Shown: positions 11,018-24,106, counted from the stretch's first letter. The stretch: DNA of 64,000 bases from Deinococcus sp. (GCA_965261005.1 OZ253375.1:992001-1056000), one strand, 5' to 3'. The notes: generated from the letters alone by a model not told the origin. Numbers and translations are program-made.

Positions 11018-11548
11018 ATGCAAGACGGCGACACACGGCCGAAACTCGACGAGGAGACCCTGGCGTACCTGCAAGCGGTCTTTGACCTCGCCAGACAGGG
11101 GGACGCGGCGCAACTCGGCCCCCTGCTGGAGCGGGGGCTGCCCGCCAACCTGCTCAACCAGAAGGGCGACAGCTTGCTGATGCTCGCCAGCTACCACGGC
11201 CATTTGGACGCGGCGGGGGCGCTCCTCAAGCACGGCGCCGACCCGGAGCTGCGCAACGACCAAGGGCAGACCCCGCTGCTGGGCGCGGCCTACCGGGGGG
11301 ACTTGGCGATGGCGCGGCTGCTGCTGGACCACGGCGCTGACGTGGAGAGCGGTGTGCCCGGCGGCAAGACGGCCCTGATAATGGCCGCCATGTTCGGCCG
11401 CGACGAGATAATCGAACTGCTGCTGGACCACGGCGCCAACCTGCGGGCGCGCGACGCGGGGGGCCGGTCGGCGGTGGACGCGGCCCGTCTGATGGGCGCG
11501 CTGGAGACGGCAGACCGATTGAAGAAGCGCTTGGAGGAAGGCACCTAG
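11018..11548 (+). CDS. Ankyrin repeat protein
   Basis: Repeated G-x-T/S-(P/L)-L-x-x-A...LLDHGA units. Confidence 0.92.
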   Translation: MQDGDTRPKLDEETLAYLQAVFDLARQGDAAQLGPLLERGLPANLLNQKGDSLLMLASYHGHLDAAGALLKHGADPELRNDQGQTPLLGAAYRGDLAMARLLLDHGADVESGVPGGKTALIMAAMFGRDEIIELLLDHGANLRARDAGGRSAVDAARLMGALETADRLKKRLEEGT

Positions 11549-11720
11549 AGCATTTGTCAGAAGTATTGAGCGCCCTTCTCAATACTTCCTGAGTGGAACG
11601 AATAGCAAGGGAAGGGCATTTGTCAATGGCATGGAGCGGCACAGGCGGGCAGGCCCGGTAGGTGCCGTTCTGCCCAAGACGCGAAGCCGGAGGCGTGCAA
11701 TAGAATTGACAAATGCTCTA
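11546..11720. mobile_element. MITE-like element (175 bp) with 14-bp terminal inverted repeats
   Basis: TAGAGCATTTGTCA (11546-11559) / TGACAAATGCTCTA (11707-11720) perfect TIR; internal hairpin GAAGTATTGAG...CTCAATACTTC. Confidence 0.85.
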
Positions 11721-12251
11721 AGCCTGCGCCCCGCCGCTCGCCAGGTTATGTGGGTCCACGCCCAGCAGTTTCCAGGCCCGGTCCCAGCGCGCCTCGCCGG
11801 GCGTCTCCAGGATCAGCTCGGGGCCAGCCTCCAGAAAGACCCAGCTGCCGCCGCGCGTCTCCTCTTCCAGCTGGCCGGCGGTCCAGCCGGCGTAGCCCAG
11901 CAGCAGCATGTACCAATCGCCGCGCGCCATCACCGCCTCCAGCACCTCCAAGCTGGAGGTGACGAATAACCCGTCCGCCAAGCGGACCTCGCCGGGAAAG
12001 CCGGCCGGGCGGTTATATAGGCACCAGCCCACCTGCGGCTCGACCGGGCCGCCCAGGTAGGCGCGCTCACGCCTACCCTGCGCCTGCGGCAGCAAATCGC
12101 CCACGGCCATGTCGGTCTGCAAGCTGACGATCAGGCCCATGGCGCCGCCCCCCGCGTGGTCGAGCAGCAGCACCACGGCGCGCTCGAACATGCCGCCCTG
12201 CATGTGCGGGCTGGCGATCAGGTAGGTGAGGGGGATTGAGGGGGTGTCCAA
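11718..12251 (-). CDS. YqgE/AlgH family protein
   Basis: LIASPHM..FERAVVLL..H..GAMGLI, LGGPV, LGYAGWTAGQLEEE..GSW. Confidence 0.93.
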   Translation of the reverse strand: MDTPSIPLTYLIASPHMQGGMFERAVVLLLDHAGGGAMGLIVSLQTDMAVGDLLPQAQGRRERAYLGGPVEPQVGWCLYNRPAGFPGEVRLADGLFVTSSLEVLEAVMARGDWYMLLLGYAGWTAGQLEEETRGGSWVFLEAGPELILETPGEARWDRAWKLLGVDPHNLASGGAQA

Positions 12252-12359
12252 AATCGAAGACTCCTTGGCTGGGAATGCCCCAGCATGACAGGCGCGCCCC
12301 GGGGCGCGTCAAGGCGCTCGCGTGGGAAAAAGTTCATGACCGAAGTATATGAGCGAAAG

Positions 12360-12388
12360 GTAGGGGCGGGTTTGAAACCCGCCCCTAC
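12360..12388. repeat. GTAG-type REP-like palindrome
   Basis: GTAGGGGCGGGTTT-G-AAACCCGCCCCTAC perfect inverted repeat just downstream of lon. Confidence 0.7.
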
Positions 12389-12408
12389 GGCCCTACACGG
12401 AATTTGCC

Positions 12409-14853
<2,445 letters not shown>

Positions 14854-14900
14854 GAACGCTCCTTTGTGCAGGCGCCAGATCAAGAAGGTCTAGCAAGAAA

Positions 14901-14921
14901 CTTGAGTGCAAGTCTATCAAG
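14901..14921. promoter_or_regulatory. HAIR (HspR-associated inverted repeat) upstream of lon
   Basis: CTTGAGT-GCAAGTC-TATCAAG versus consensus CTTGAGT-N7-ACTCAAG, extended by AAA/TTT. Confidence 0.8.
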
Positions 14922-15128
14922 TTTGGCCGGTTCAGGCAAGCCTTTTCGGAGCTTTCGAAAGCCCAACTTGGCTTCCGCCTACAGTGTGGCCGACCTCGCC
15001 ACGCCGACATCTAACCACACCCCGCTGTTGCCCAGCTGATTTTTAGCTCAGGCGGCCTTTCAAAGTTCTGACAGCCAACGTTCTGACGGCCAGCGCCGCC
15101 AGACCGGATGCCCGCTAGACTTGGCGCC

Positions 15129-15560
15129 ATGCCCTCCTCCTCGACCCCAGCCCTTCCCGCCCCCGCCCCCCTCGACCCGCCGGGCGAGGCCCGCATGCTG
15201 GAACTGGTCTTTCCCAAGGACAGCAACTTTCTCGGCAGCGCCTTTGGCGGCTTCGTGCTGAGCTTGATGGACAAGGTCGCCTCGGTGGCGGCGGTGCGCC
15301 ACAGCAAGCGCGCGGTCGTGACGGCGCGCATGGACGGCGTGGATTTTCACGTCCCCATCAAGGTCGGGGACGCGGTGGCCCTGCACGCACGGGTGGTGGC
15401 GGTCGGGCGCAGCTCCATGACCGTGCGGGTGGACGTGTACCGCGAGCAGCTGACCAGCGGCGAGCAGCAGCTGGCGACGAACGGCACCTTTGTCTTTGTG
15501 GCGCTCGACGAGGAGGGCCAGCCGACCCCGGTGCCGCCGCTCGGGGAGCGGCCAGTGTGA
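15129..15560 (+). CDS. Acyl-CoA thioesterase (hotdog fold)
   Basis: [42 protein letters not shown] motifs. Confidence 0.9.
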   Translation: MPSSSTPALPAPAPLDPPGEARMLELVFPKDSNFLGSAFGGFVLSLMDKVASVAAVRHSKRAVVTARMDGVDFHVPIKVGDAVALHARVVAVGRSSMTVRVDVYREQLTSGEQQLATNGTFVFVALDEEGQPTPVPPLGERPV

Positions 15561-16339
15561 CCCCCTTCGATTCCCACCTGCACACGCCGCTGTGCGGTCA
15601 CGCCAGCGGCACGCCGACGGAGATGGCCGGGGCCGCACTCGAACGCGGGTTGATGGGCGTTACCTTCACCGACCACGTCCCGATGGCACCTTGGTACGAC
15701 GCCCCCTGGCGCATGCGGCGCGACCAATTGGAGCGTTATGTCGAGGAGGTGCTGGCCGCGCGAGAAACGTTTCAGGGTCGCTTGGAGGTCCGCCTGGGTT
15801 TGGAGGCCGATTTTCACCCCGGCACCGAGCGCTGGGTGGAGGAGATTTTGGGCGCGTATCCGTGGGACTACGTGATCGGGAGCGTACACTACCTGGGCGC
15901 CTGGGGCTTTGACAATCCCGAGTTTCAGGAGGAGTACGAACGCCGGGATTTGAGCACGCTCTACCGCGATTACTACGCTTTGGTCGAGGGGGCGGCCCGT
16001 TCCGGCTTGTTCGACAGCGTGGGCCACCTCGACTTGCCCAAGAAATTCGGCCACAAGGCGCCCAATCTTGAGCCTGCCCTGACGGCCCTCGACGTGATCG
16101 CGGCCGAGAACATGGCGCTCGACTTCAACACCGCCGGTTGGCGCAAGCCGGTGAACGAGGCTTACCCCGCGCCCGAGCTGACCCGCGCGGCGGCGGCGCG
16201 CGGCATTCCCTTCGTGCTGGGCAGCGACGCCCACGCGCCGGGGGAGGTGGGCTGGCGCTTTGAAGAGGCGCTGACGTTGCTGGCAGAGGCCGGCGCCAAG
16301 ATTGTCACCTACAGAAACCGGGAGCGCCAAGGTGGATAA
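15557..16339 (+). CDS. Histidinol-phosphatase, HisJ/PHP family
   Basis: [34 protein letters not shown] motifs. Confidence 0.88.
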   Translation: MTPFDSHLHTPLCGHASGTPTEMAGAALERGLMGVTFTDHVPMAPWYDAPWRMRRDQLERYVEEVLAARETFQGRLEVRLGLEADFHPGTERWVEEILGAYPWDYVIGSVHYLGAWGFDNPEFQEEYERRDLSTLYRDYYALVEGAARSGLFDSVGHLDLPKKFGHKAPNLEPALTALDVIAAENMALDFNTAGWRKPVNEAYPAPELTRAAAARGIPFVLGSDAHAPGEVGWRFEEALTLLAEAGAKIVTYRNRERQGG

Positions 16340-18011
16340 GAAGCAGGCGGTGGGCGCCCTGGAGGCGGCGGCGGACGTGCTGGAGCTGCTGGGCGAGGAG
16401 GGCTTCCGGGTGAACGCTTTCCGGGCGGCGGCGCGCGCCCTGGAGAACCTCGGGGAACCCTTCGAGGACGTGCTGGCGCGTGGCTTTCGCGGCGTGCCCA
16501 AGATCGGCGGCACGCTCGGCGAGGAGCTGCGCGAGTTCGCGCGGACGGGCGCGCTGCCCAGCTACCGAGCGGCGGCCGAGCAACTGCCCCCCGGCGTGCT
16601 GGGGCTGTTCCGGGTGCGCGGCCTGGGGCCGAAGAAGATCCGCCTGTTGTGGCTCTCGGGGATCGCCTCTTTAGAAGAACTGCGCGAGGCGTGTCTGGAC
16701 GGCCGGGTGGCCGCTATTAAGGGCTTCGGCGCGAAAAGCCAGGCGACCATTTTGGAGAACGTCGAGTTCGCCCTTTCGGCGCAGGGGCGCTTCCGTTTGG
16801 GGGTCGCTTATGGGGTTGCGGATCAGGTGACGCGGGCGCTGGAGGGGTTGGAGCCGCGCCTTGCGGGCAGCCTGCGGCGCGGTCTGGAGACGGTGGGCGA
16901 CGTGGATTTGACGGTCACCGGCACGCGGGAAGAGGTGTGGGGCCGCTTGGAGGGGTTGCTCGAAGACCTGGGGCACGCCGAGTACCCGGCTTGGCGCGGC
17001 ACGCTGAGCGGCGTTCCAATCGAGGTCGGCTACGGCACGGCCGAGACGCGCGGCGCCGTGGACCTGACCTTTGCGGGCGGCGCCTACAGGGACGTGGTGC
17101 TGGGAAAGGCGACCGAGCAGGGCCTGACGCTCGACTCGGCCGGCCTCAGAAGAGAAAACGAGGTGCTGCCCACCCCCAGCGAGCGCGACGTGTTCGCCGT
17201 TCTGAAACTCCCCGACCGCCCGCCCGAGTACCGCGAGACGGAGCACCTCGGCTTGGACGATCTGCCGCCCGAAGAGGATTTGATTCGTGAAGGCGACATC
17301 CTGGGCCTGCTGCACACCCACAGCACTTGGTCGGACGGCGGGGCCAGCATTCGAGAGATGGCGGGGGCGGCGCGCGATTTGGGTCAGTACCTGGGGACGG
17401 GGGACCACTCGGGCAACGCCTTTTACGCGAACGGCCTGAACGCCGAACGGCTGCACGCCCAGTTGCGCGAGGTGCGCGCCCTCCAGGCGGAGGGGCTGCC
17501 CCTGATCGCCGGGGCCGAGGTGGACATTCTGGAGGACGGCACGCTCGACTACCCGGACGAGCTGCTCGCGGAACTCGACTACGTGGTCGCCAGCGTCCAC
17601 AGCCACTTCAATCTGGACCCCGCGCGGCAAACGGAGCGCCTGATTCGGGCCGTCTCGCACCCGCTGATCACCATTCTGGGCCACCCGACGGGAAGGCTGC
17701 TGCTGCGCCGTCCGCCCTACGCCTTTGACTTGGACGCCGTGCTGGAAGCCGCCTTTGAGCGCAGCACGGTGGTCGAGATCAACGCCAACCCCGCGCGGCT
17801 CGACCTCGATTGGCGCGGCGCCCTGCGCTGGAGAAGCCAGCTCAAGTTCGCCGTCAACACCGACGCCCACGTTCCGGCGGGCCTGGGCGACGTGCGCTTC
17901 GGCGTGGCGGTGGCGCGCAAGGCGGGGCTGACAAAGGCGGACGTGGTGAACAGTCTGGACCGCCAAGCTTTTCTGGACTTCGTGCGGGAACAGCGCGCCA
18001 GACGTTTATGA
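16332..18011 (+). CDS. polX: DNA polymerase X family protein with PHP exonuclease domain
   Basis: HhH motifs (GVPKIG, RGLGPKK, KGFGAKS), AGSLRRGLETVGDVD, C-terminal PHP domain (HTHSTWSDG, GHPTGR, NTDAH). Confidence 0.9.
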   Translation: MDKKQAVGALEAAADVLELLGEEGFRVNAFRAAARALENLGEPFEDVLARGFRGVPKIGGTLGEELREFARTGALPSYRAAAEQLPPGVLGLFRVRGLGPKKIRLLWLSGIASLEELREACLDGRVAAIKGFGAKSQATILENVEFALSAQGRFRLGVAYGVADQVTRALEGLEPRLAGSLRRGLETVGDVDLTVTGTREEVWGRLEGLLEDLGHAEYPAWRGTLSGVPIEVGYGTAETRGAVDLTFAGGAYRDVVLGKATEQGLTLDSAGLRRENEVLPTPSERDVFAVLKLPDRPPEYRETEHLGLDDLPPEEDLIREGDILGLLHTHSTWSDGGASIREMAGAARDLGQYLGTGDHSGNAFYANGLNAERLHAQLREVRALQAEGLPLIAGAEVDILEDGTLDYPDELLAELDYVVASVHSHFNLDPARQTERLIRAVSHPLITILGHPTGRLLLRRPPYAFDLDAVLEAAFERSTVVEINANPARLDLDWRGALRWRSQLKFAVNTDAHVPAGLGDVRFGVAVARKAGLTKADVVNSLDRQAFLDFVREQRARRL

Positions 18012-18141
18012 ACCGGGTCGTTTGTGAACGGGGCGTTCTTCACACGCCGTGCTACACTTTCGGACGTCCAAACGATTTAAAAAAGTAGAGAGGTTGGCGA
18101 GCGAGCATCGAAATGCGCTTGTCTTTCCAGAGGAGGAATCC

Positions 18142-19302
18142 ATGAAACGCAACCTCGCCTTCGCTTTGTCTCTGGGGTTGATGGGCGGCGCCCTCGCGCA
18201 ACAGGTCGGCTCCCCCGTACACATCGGGATCGCCGTCGCGCAGACCAGCAACGTCGCGCTGCTGGGCCAGGAAGAGGTGATCGGCGCCAAGCTGGCCGAG
18301 AAAATCATCAATTCGCAGGGCGGCGTCAACGGCATGCCCATTCAATTGGTGTTTCAGGACACCGGCGGCGACGAGGCCGGGGCCATCAACGCCTTTCAGA
18401 ATTTGATCAACAAGGGGAACGTGGTCGGCATTGTGGGGCCGACGCTCTCGCAGCAGGCCTTCAGTGCCGATCCCATCGCCGACCGCGCCAAGGTGCCCGT
18501 GCTCGGCCCGAGCAACACCGCCAAGGGCATTCCGCAGATCGGCGACTACATCGCGCGGGTGTCGGCGCCGGTGGCGGTGGTGGCGCCCAACGCTGTTCGG
18601 GAAGCCCTCAGGCAGAACCCCAAGATCAAGCGCGTGGCGGTTGCCTACGCCCAAAACGACGCCTTTTCCACCTCTGAGACCGGCACCTTTCAGCAGACCG
18701 CCAAGGATCAGGGCCTCGACGTGGTGACGGTGCAGAAGTTCCAAACGACCGACACCGACTTCACCACCCAGGTGACCAGCATTCTGGGCGCGAGCGCCGA
18801 CCTCGTGATCGTGTCGGGCTTGGCGGCGGACGGCGGCAACCTGGTCAAGCAGCTGCGCCAGCTCGGCTACAAGGGCGCTATTATCGGCGGCAACGGCCTG
18901 AACACCTCCAACATCTTTCCGGTGTGCGGCCAGTACTGTGACGGCATCCTGATCGCGCAGGCCTACAGCCCGGCCAACAGCGGCAGCGTGAACCAGCTCT
19001 TCGTCAAACAGTACCGCGACCAGTACAAAAAGGACCCGCCCCAGTTCGCCGCGCAGGCCTTTACCGGCGTGCAGGTGATGGTGGACGCCCTCAAGCGCAT
19101 TGACGCCAAGAAGAAGCTGAACACCTGGGACTTGCCCGCCCTGCGCACAGAGCTGAACAAACAGATTCTGGCCGGCAGCTACAAGACGCCCCTCGGCCAG
19201 ATCAGCTTCGACAAAGAGGGCGAACTCAACCAAAAGAACTTCTACGTCGCGCAGATCAAGATGAAGGACGCCAAGACCGGCTCCTTCGTGTTCGTGAAGT
19301 AG
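18142..19302 (+). CDS. Branched-chain amino acid ABC transporter substrate-binding protein
   Basis: Signal peptide, LivK-like sequence (INSQGGVNG, VGPTLSQQA), strong RBS AGGAGG. Confidence 0.9.
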   Translation: MKRNLAFALSLGLMGGALAQQVGSPVHIGIAVAQTSNVALLGQEEVIGAKLAEKIINSQGGVNGMPIQLVFQDTGGDEAGAINAFQNLINKGNVVGIVGPTLSQQAFSADPIADRAKVPVLGPSNTAKGIPQIGDYIARVSAPVAVVAPNAVREALRQNPKIKRVAVAYAQNDAFSTSETGTFQQTAKDQGLDVVTVQKFQTTDTDFTTQVTSILGASADLVIVSGLAADGGNLVKQLRQLGYKGAIIGGNGLNTSNIFPVCGQYCDGILIAQAYSPANSGSVNQLFVKQYRDQYKKDPPQFAAQAFTGVQVMVDALKRIDAKKKLNTWDLPALRTELNKQILAGSYKTPLGQISFDKEGELNQKNFYVAQIKMKDAKTGSFVFVK

Positions 19303-19321
19303 GCCAAAAAAGGTCGAGCCT

Positions 19322-19352
19322 GGGGGAAGACGCGCGTCTTCCCCCGTTTTTT
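19322..19352 (+). terminator. Intrinsic terminator-like hairpin after the binding-protein gene
   Basis: GGGGGAAGACG-cg-CGTCTTCCCCC followed by a T-run. Confidence 0.75.
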
Positions 19353-19395
19353 GGTAAACGTCCCTTGCCGAATGTCCCTGATCGAAAGGCGCCTT

Positions 19396-20370
19396 ATGAC
19401 CTTGGCCGAATTTGTACAAAACGTGCTGAACGGGGTCTCGATTGGCAGCGTGTACGCCATCTTCGCCCTCGGCTACACGCTGATCTTCTCAATTCTGGGC
19501 ATCATCAACTTCGCGCACGGGGCGGTCTTCACGCTGGGCGCCTACTTCACCTACAGCTTGGTGGTGGGGCAGTTCGGCATCAACGGCCTCTTAAAAAACA
19601 TCAACCTGTTTCCGGGCGGCTCCCCCTTCGGCGGGTCGGCGCTGAAGTTCGCGCTGGCGGCCCTGCTCGGCTCGGCGCTGGCGGGCCTGGTCGGCGTTTT
19701 GATCGAGCGGCTGGCCTTTCGGCCGCTGCGCGCCCGGCGCGCCGATCCGCTGCTGGCGCTGGTCAGCAGCCTGGGCGTCGCGCTGGTGCTGGTGAACCTG
19801 ATTCAGTATCTGGTCGGCGCCGAAATCTACTCGTTTCCGGGGGATATCTACGGCGACGTGAGGCCCGCCGTGATCTTCCATTTGGGCGACAAGCTGATCG
19901 TCATTCGCACGGTGCAGATCATCATCTTCGCGGTCAGCGTGGTCATGCTGCTGATCCTGGGCTACCTGATCAGCCGGACCAAGGTGGGCAAGGCTTTGCG
20001 CGCGGTGGCCGAGAACCCGACCACCGCCAGCCTGCTGGGCATCAGCGTGGACCGCTTCATCTTGTACACCTTCTTTCTGTCGGGCTTTCTGGGCGGCCTC
20101 GCGGGCACCTTGGTGGGCACCTCCTTCGGGGTCGCCGGGCCGTACTTCGGCGTGACCTACGGCCTCAAGGGGCTGGCCGTGATCGTGCTGGGCGGCCTGG
20201 GCAGCATTCCGGGGGCGGTGGTGGGCGGCCTGGTGATCGGCCTGGCGGAGGCCTTCGTGCCGGGCGACTACAGCGCCTACAAAGAGGCGGTCGCCTTCGC
20301 GCTGCTGTTCCTGATCCTGCTGGTGCGCCCGCAGGGGCTGCTGGGCCGCCCGCTGGTGCAGAAGGTCTGA
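19396..20370 (+). CDS. livH: Branched-chain amino acid ABC transporter permease (LivH-like)
   Basis: GSVYAIFALGYTL...IINFAHG, GKALRAVAEN, VLGGLGSIPG. Confidence 0.9.
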   Translation: MTLAEFVQNVLNGVSIGSVYAIFALGYTLIFSILGIINFAHGAVFTLGAYFTYSLVVGQFGINGLLKNINLFPGGSPFGGSALKFALAALLGSALAGLVGVLIERLAFRPLRARRADPLLALVSSLGVALVLVNLIQYLVGAEIYSFPGDIYGDVRPAVIFHLGDKLIVIRTVQIIIFAVSVVMLLILGYLISRTKVGKALRAVAENPTTASLLGISVDRFILYTFFLSGFLGGLAGTLVGTSFGVAGPYFGVTYGLKGLAVIVLGGLGSIPGAVVGGLVIGLAEAFVPGDYSAYKEAVAFALLFLILLVRPQGLLGRPLVQKV

Positions 20371-20371
20371 T

Positions 20372-21282
<911 letters not shown>

Positions 21283-21286
<4 letters not shown>

Positions 21287-22056
21287 CGGCCGTGCTGGAG
21301 GCGCCCGTCCTCTCCGCGCGCGGTCTGACCCGGCGCTTCGGCGGCCTGGTGGCGGTGAATGACGTCTCCTTCGAGGTGAACGCGGGGGAAATCTTCGGCC
21401 TGATCGGCCCCAACGGCGCGGGCAAGACGACCCTCTTTAACCTGATGACCGGCCTGACCCCGCCCTCAAGTGGCCGGCTGCTGTACGGGGAGCGCGACGT
21501 GACCGGCCTGGCGCCGCACAAGGTCGCGCGGCTCGGCCTGGGGCGCACCTTTCAGAACATCCGCCTGTTCCGCGCCCTCAGCGCCCTGGAGAACGTCAAG
21601 ATCGCCCAGCACACCCGCACCCACGCCGAACTCTTCGCCAGCGTCTTCGGCGCGGCGCGGGGGGAGGAAAAGCGGGTGGAGGCCCGCGCTTGGGACCTGC
21701 TGGAGCTGGTGGGCCTCGCTGACCGCGCCCACGAGGACGCCGAGAACTTCAGCTACGGCGACCAGCGCCGCTTGGAGATCGCGCGGGCGCTGGCCCTCGA
21801 ACCGAGGGTGCTGCTGCTCGACGAGCCGGCGGCGGGCATGAACAGCGCCGAGAAGCACGCCCTGACCGAGTTCATCCGCGAGGTGCGCGGGCGCTTCGAC
21901 CTCACCATCATGCTGATCGAACACCACGTCCCCCTGGTGATGAACTTGTGCGACCGCGTCGCGGTCCTCAACTTCGGCCAGCTGATCGCCGTGGGCGACC
22001 CAGCGGGCGTGCAGCGCGACCCCAAGGTGATCGAGGCGTACCTGGGGGCCGAGTAA
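21283..22056 (+). CDS. livG: ABC transporter ATP-binding protein (LivG-like)
   Basis: [27 protein letters not shown]. Confidence 0.92.
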
Positions 22057-22057
22057 G

Positions 22058-22771
22058 ATGCCACTCTTAGAGATCGAAAACCTCTCCGTCAACTACGGCG
22101 CCATTCAGGCGGTGCGCGATTTGAGCCTCTTCGTCGAGGAGGGCGAGACCGTCACCCTGATCGGCGCCAACGGGGCGGGCAAGACGACCACGCTGCGGGC
22201 GGTGTCGCGCCTCCTCAAGCCCCGCGCGGGAACGCTGCGCTTCGCCGGAAAGGACATCCTGCGCGCCTCCCCCGACGAGGTGGTGCGCCTGGGCGTCGCG
22301 CAGAGTCCCGAGGGGCGGCAGGTGCTGGCGCGGCAGTCCATCGAGGATAATTTGGAGCTGGGCGCCTACGTGCGCGGCGACCGCGCGGGGGTTTTGCAGG
22401 ACATCAAGCGCATGTACGAGCGCTTTCCCCGCTTGGGCGAGCGGCGGGGTCAGTTGGCGGGCACCCTCTCCGGGGGCGAGCAGCAGATGCTCGCCATCGC
22501 CCGCGCGCTGATGAGCCGCCCCAAGCTGCTGCTGCTCGACGAGCCGAGCTTGGGCCTGGCGCCCCTGATCGTGCTGGAAATCTTCGGCATCGTGCGCGAG
22601 CTGGGCGAAGGGGGCACGACCATTCTGCTGGTCGAGCAGAACGCCCGCCTCGCCATGCAGAACAGCCACCGCACCTACGTGCTGGAGGCCGGCCAGATTA
22701 CCTTCAGCGGCCCCTCGGCGGAGTTGATTCACGACCAGCGGGTGTTGCAGGCATATTTGGGCGGGGGCTAG
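22058..22771 (+). CDS. livF: ABC transporter ATP-binding protein (LivF-like)
   Basis: [34 protein letters not shown]. Confidence 0.92.
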   Translation: MPLLEIENLSVNYGAIQAVRDLSLFVEEGETVTLIGANGAGKTTTLRAVSRLLKPRAGTLRFAGKDILRASPDEVVRLGVAQSPEGRQVLARQSIEDNLELGAYVRGDRAGVLQDIKRMYERFPRLGERRGQLAGTLSGGEQQMLAIARALMSRPKLLLLDEPSLGLAPLIVLEIFGIVRELGEGGTTILLVEQNARLAMQNSHRTYVLEAGQITFSGPSAELIHDQRVLQAYLGGG

Positions 22772-22827
22772 GTACCCCCCTTGTCATCACCCAAACCGCC
22801 ACAAAGGGAAGAATCACTGGGTTGTGT

Positions 22828-22848
22828 TGTTGGCAGAATTTGCTAACA
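22828..22848. promoter_or_regulatory. Putative operator overlapping the -10 box of the HTH gene
   Basis: TGTTGGCA-GAATT-TGCTAACA imperfect inverted repeat; TAACAT lies 7 nt before ATG 22857. Confidence 0.5.
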
Positions 22849-22856
22849 TTCTAGGC

Positions 22857-23060
22857 ATGACTCCAGAATTACGTGTTGCCCTTCGCACCTACCTCAAACA
22901 ACATCAGATCAGCCAAGCTGACTTGGCTGATCAAATCGGCACTGACCGCCACACCATCAACCGCGCGCTCGGTCACAACGGGAAAGTTCCAGTAATCTGG
23001 CAGCAGATGCTTGATGCTCTCGGGCTTGAGCTTGTTCTTCAAGTCAAGAAAGCGGCATGA
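22857..23060 (+). CDS. Small XRE-family helix-turn-helix protein
   Basis: ISQADLADQIGTDRHTINRAL HTH signature; stop overlaps the def start (ATGA). Confidence 0.8.
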   Translation: MTPELRVALRTYLKQHQISQADLADQIGTDRHTINRALGHNGKVPVIWQQMLDALGLELVLQVKKAA

Positions 23061-23677
23061 CCTCGCCCACCATTTATCCAATACGGATGTATGGCGACCC
23101 CATTCTCCGCAGAAAAGCTAAAGCTGTCTCAGAGACGGCTTATCACGTTCCGGGATTCTCCGAAGTTACCCTTCCTGAATTAGCCCGCAATATGCTGGAA
23201 TCCATGTACGTCGATCATGGTGTTGGACTGGCGGCTCCGCAGATCGGTCTATCTATTCGGATGTTTGTTGCTGCCGAATATCATGATGATCTTCCCGAGG
23301 GTACGCCCCTAAAAGCCCGTGTATTACGTGAATTTGTCATAATTAATCCTCAAATTGAAATCCTGGATGCTCGTCTCGAAGCCAAATATCAAGACGGATG
23401 CCTTTCCATTCCGCAGGTCTACGAGGACGGCGTGAAACGAGAACGAGCGGTCAAGGTGACATATCACGACGAATTGGGAAAAAAGCACGTCATTGAAGCC
23501 GACGACTACTTTGCGAGGGTTTTGCAGCACGAATACGAGCACTTGGATGGGAAACTCTTTTTTGATCGCCTGAACAACAATTTTGTTGAACGGCACCGAG
23601 ATTACCTGAGCCAGCTTCAAAGAGAGGCTCAGCAGTATTTGAGGTATTTGAACCAGAAGGGCCAGCAGCGGAAATGA
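23057..23677 (+). CDS. def: Peptide deformylase (AT-richer, motif-variant copy)
   Basis: GVGLAAPQ, DGCLS (canonical EGCLS), QHEYEH (canonical HExDH). Confidence 0.9.
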   Translation: MTSPTIYPIRMYGDPILRRKAKAVSETAYHVPGFSEVTLPELARNMLESMYVDHGVGLAAPQIGLSIRMFVAAEYHDDLPEGTPLKARVLREFVIINPQIEILDARLEAKYQDGCLSIPQVYEDGVKRERAVKVTYHDELGKKHVIEADDYFARVLQHEYEHLDGKLFFDRLNNNFVERHRDYLSQLQREAQQYLRYLNQKGQQRK

Positions 23678-23690
23678 GCTTCACGGGAGA

Positions 23691-24055
23691 ACCCCGTATA
23701 GGGGTTGACTGGGGTGGTAGAGACGGTAAAGGGACAGGTGTCATGGCCCGCCCCGATATGACTTTACGCTCCGTTCCAGACGCCGTGCAACGCCTCTGTG
23801 CCTGGATCGCCCCCCAACTGCCGCCGAAGTACGTCCACCAGAACGAAAAGATCAGTGACGCCGAGTTGGTCGCCGTCGCCGTGCTGCGCGTGCTGCACAA
23901 GGGATCGCGTGGGGTCTGTTCTCCGGCGAGAGCCGCGGGGTGTTCCGGGCCGCGCTCGGGGTTGATGACGCGACCTGGGCGCGGGGCCGGGGTCACGCCT
24001 TGTCTCAGGCGCTGATCTTCATTCCCTACTACCTGGACACCAACCCGGTGGGGGT
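23691..24055 (+). mobile_element. Internally deleted IS982-family remnant
   Basis: Starts ACCCC, ends GGGGT; encodes only the N-terminus MARPDMTL...EKISDAELVAVA, recalled as resembling Deinococcus IS982 transposases. Confidence 0.6.
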
Positions 24056-24106
24056 GAGGAACGCCCGGCACATGCTCGGGGAAGTTTTGGCCGAGCATCA
24101 ACAGGG

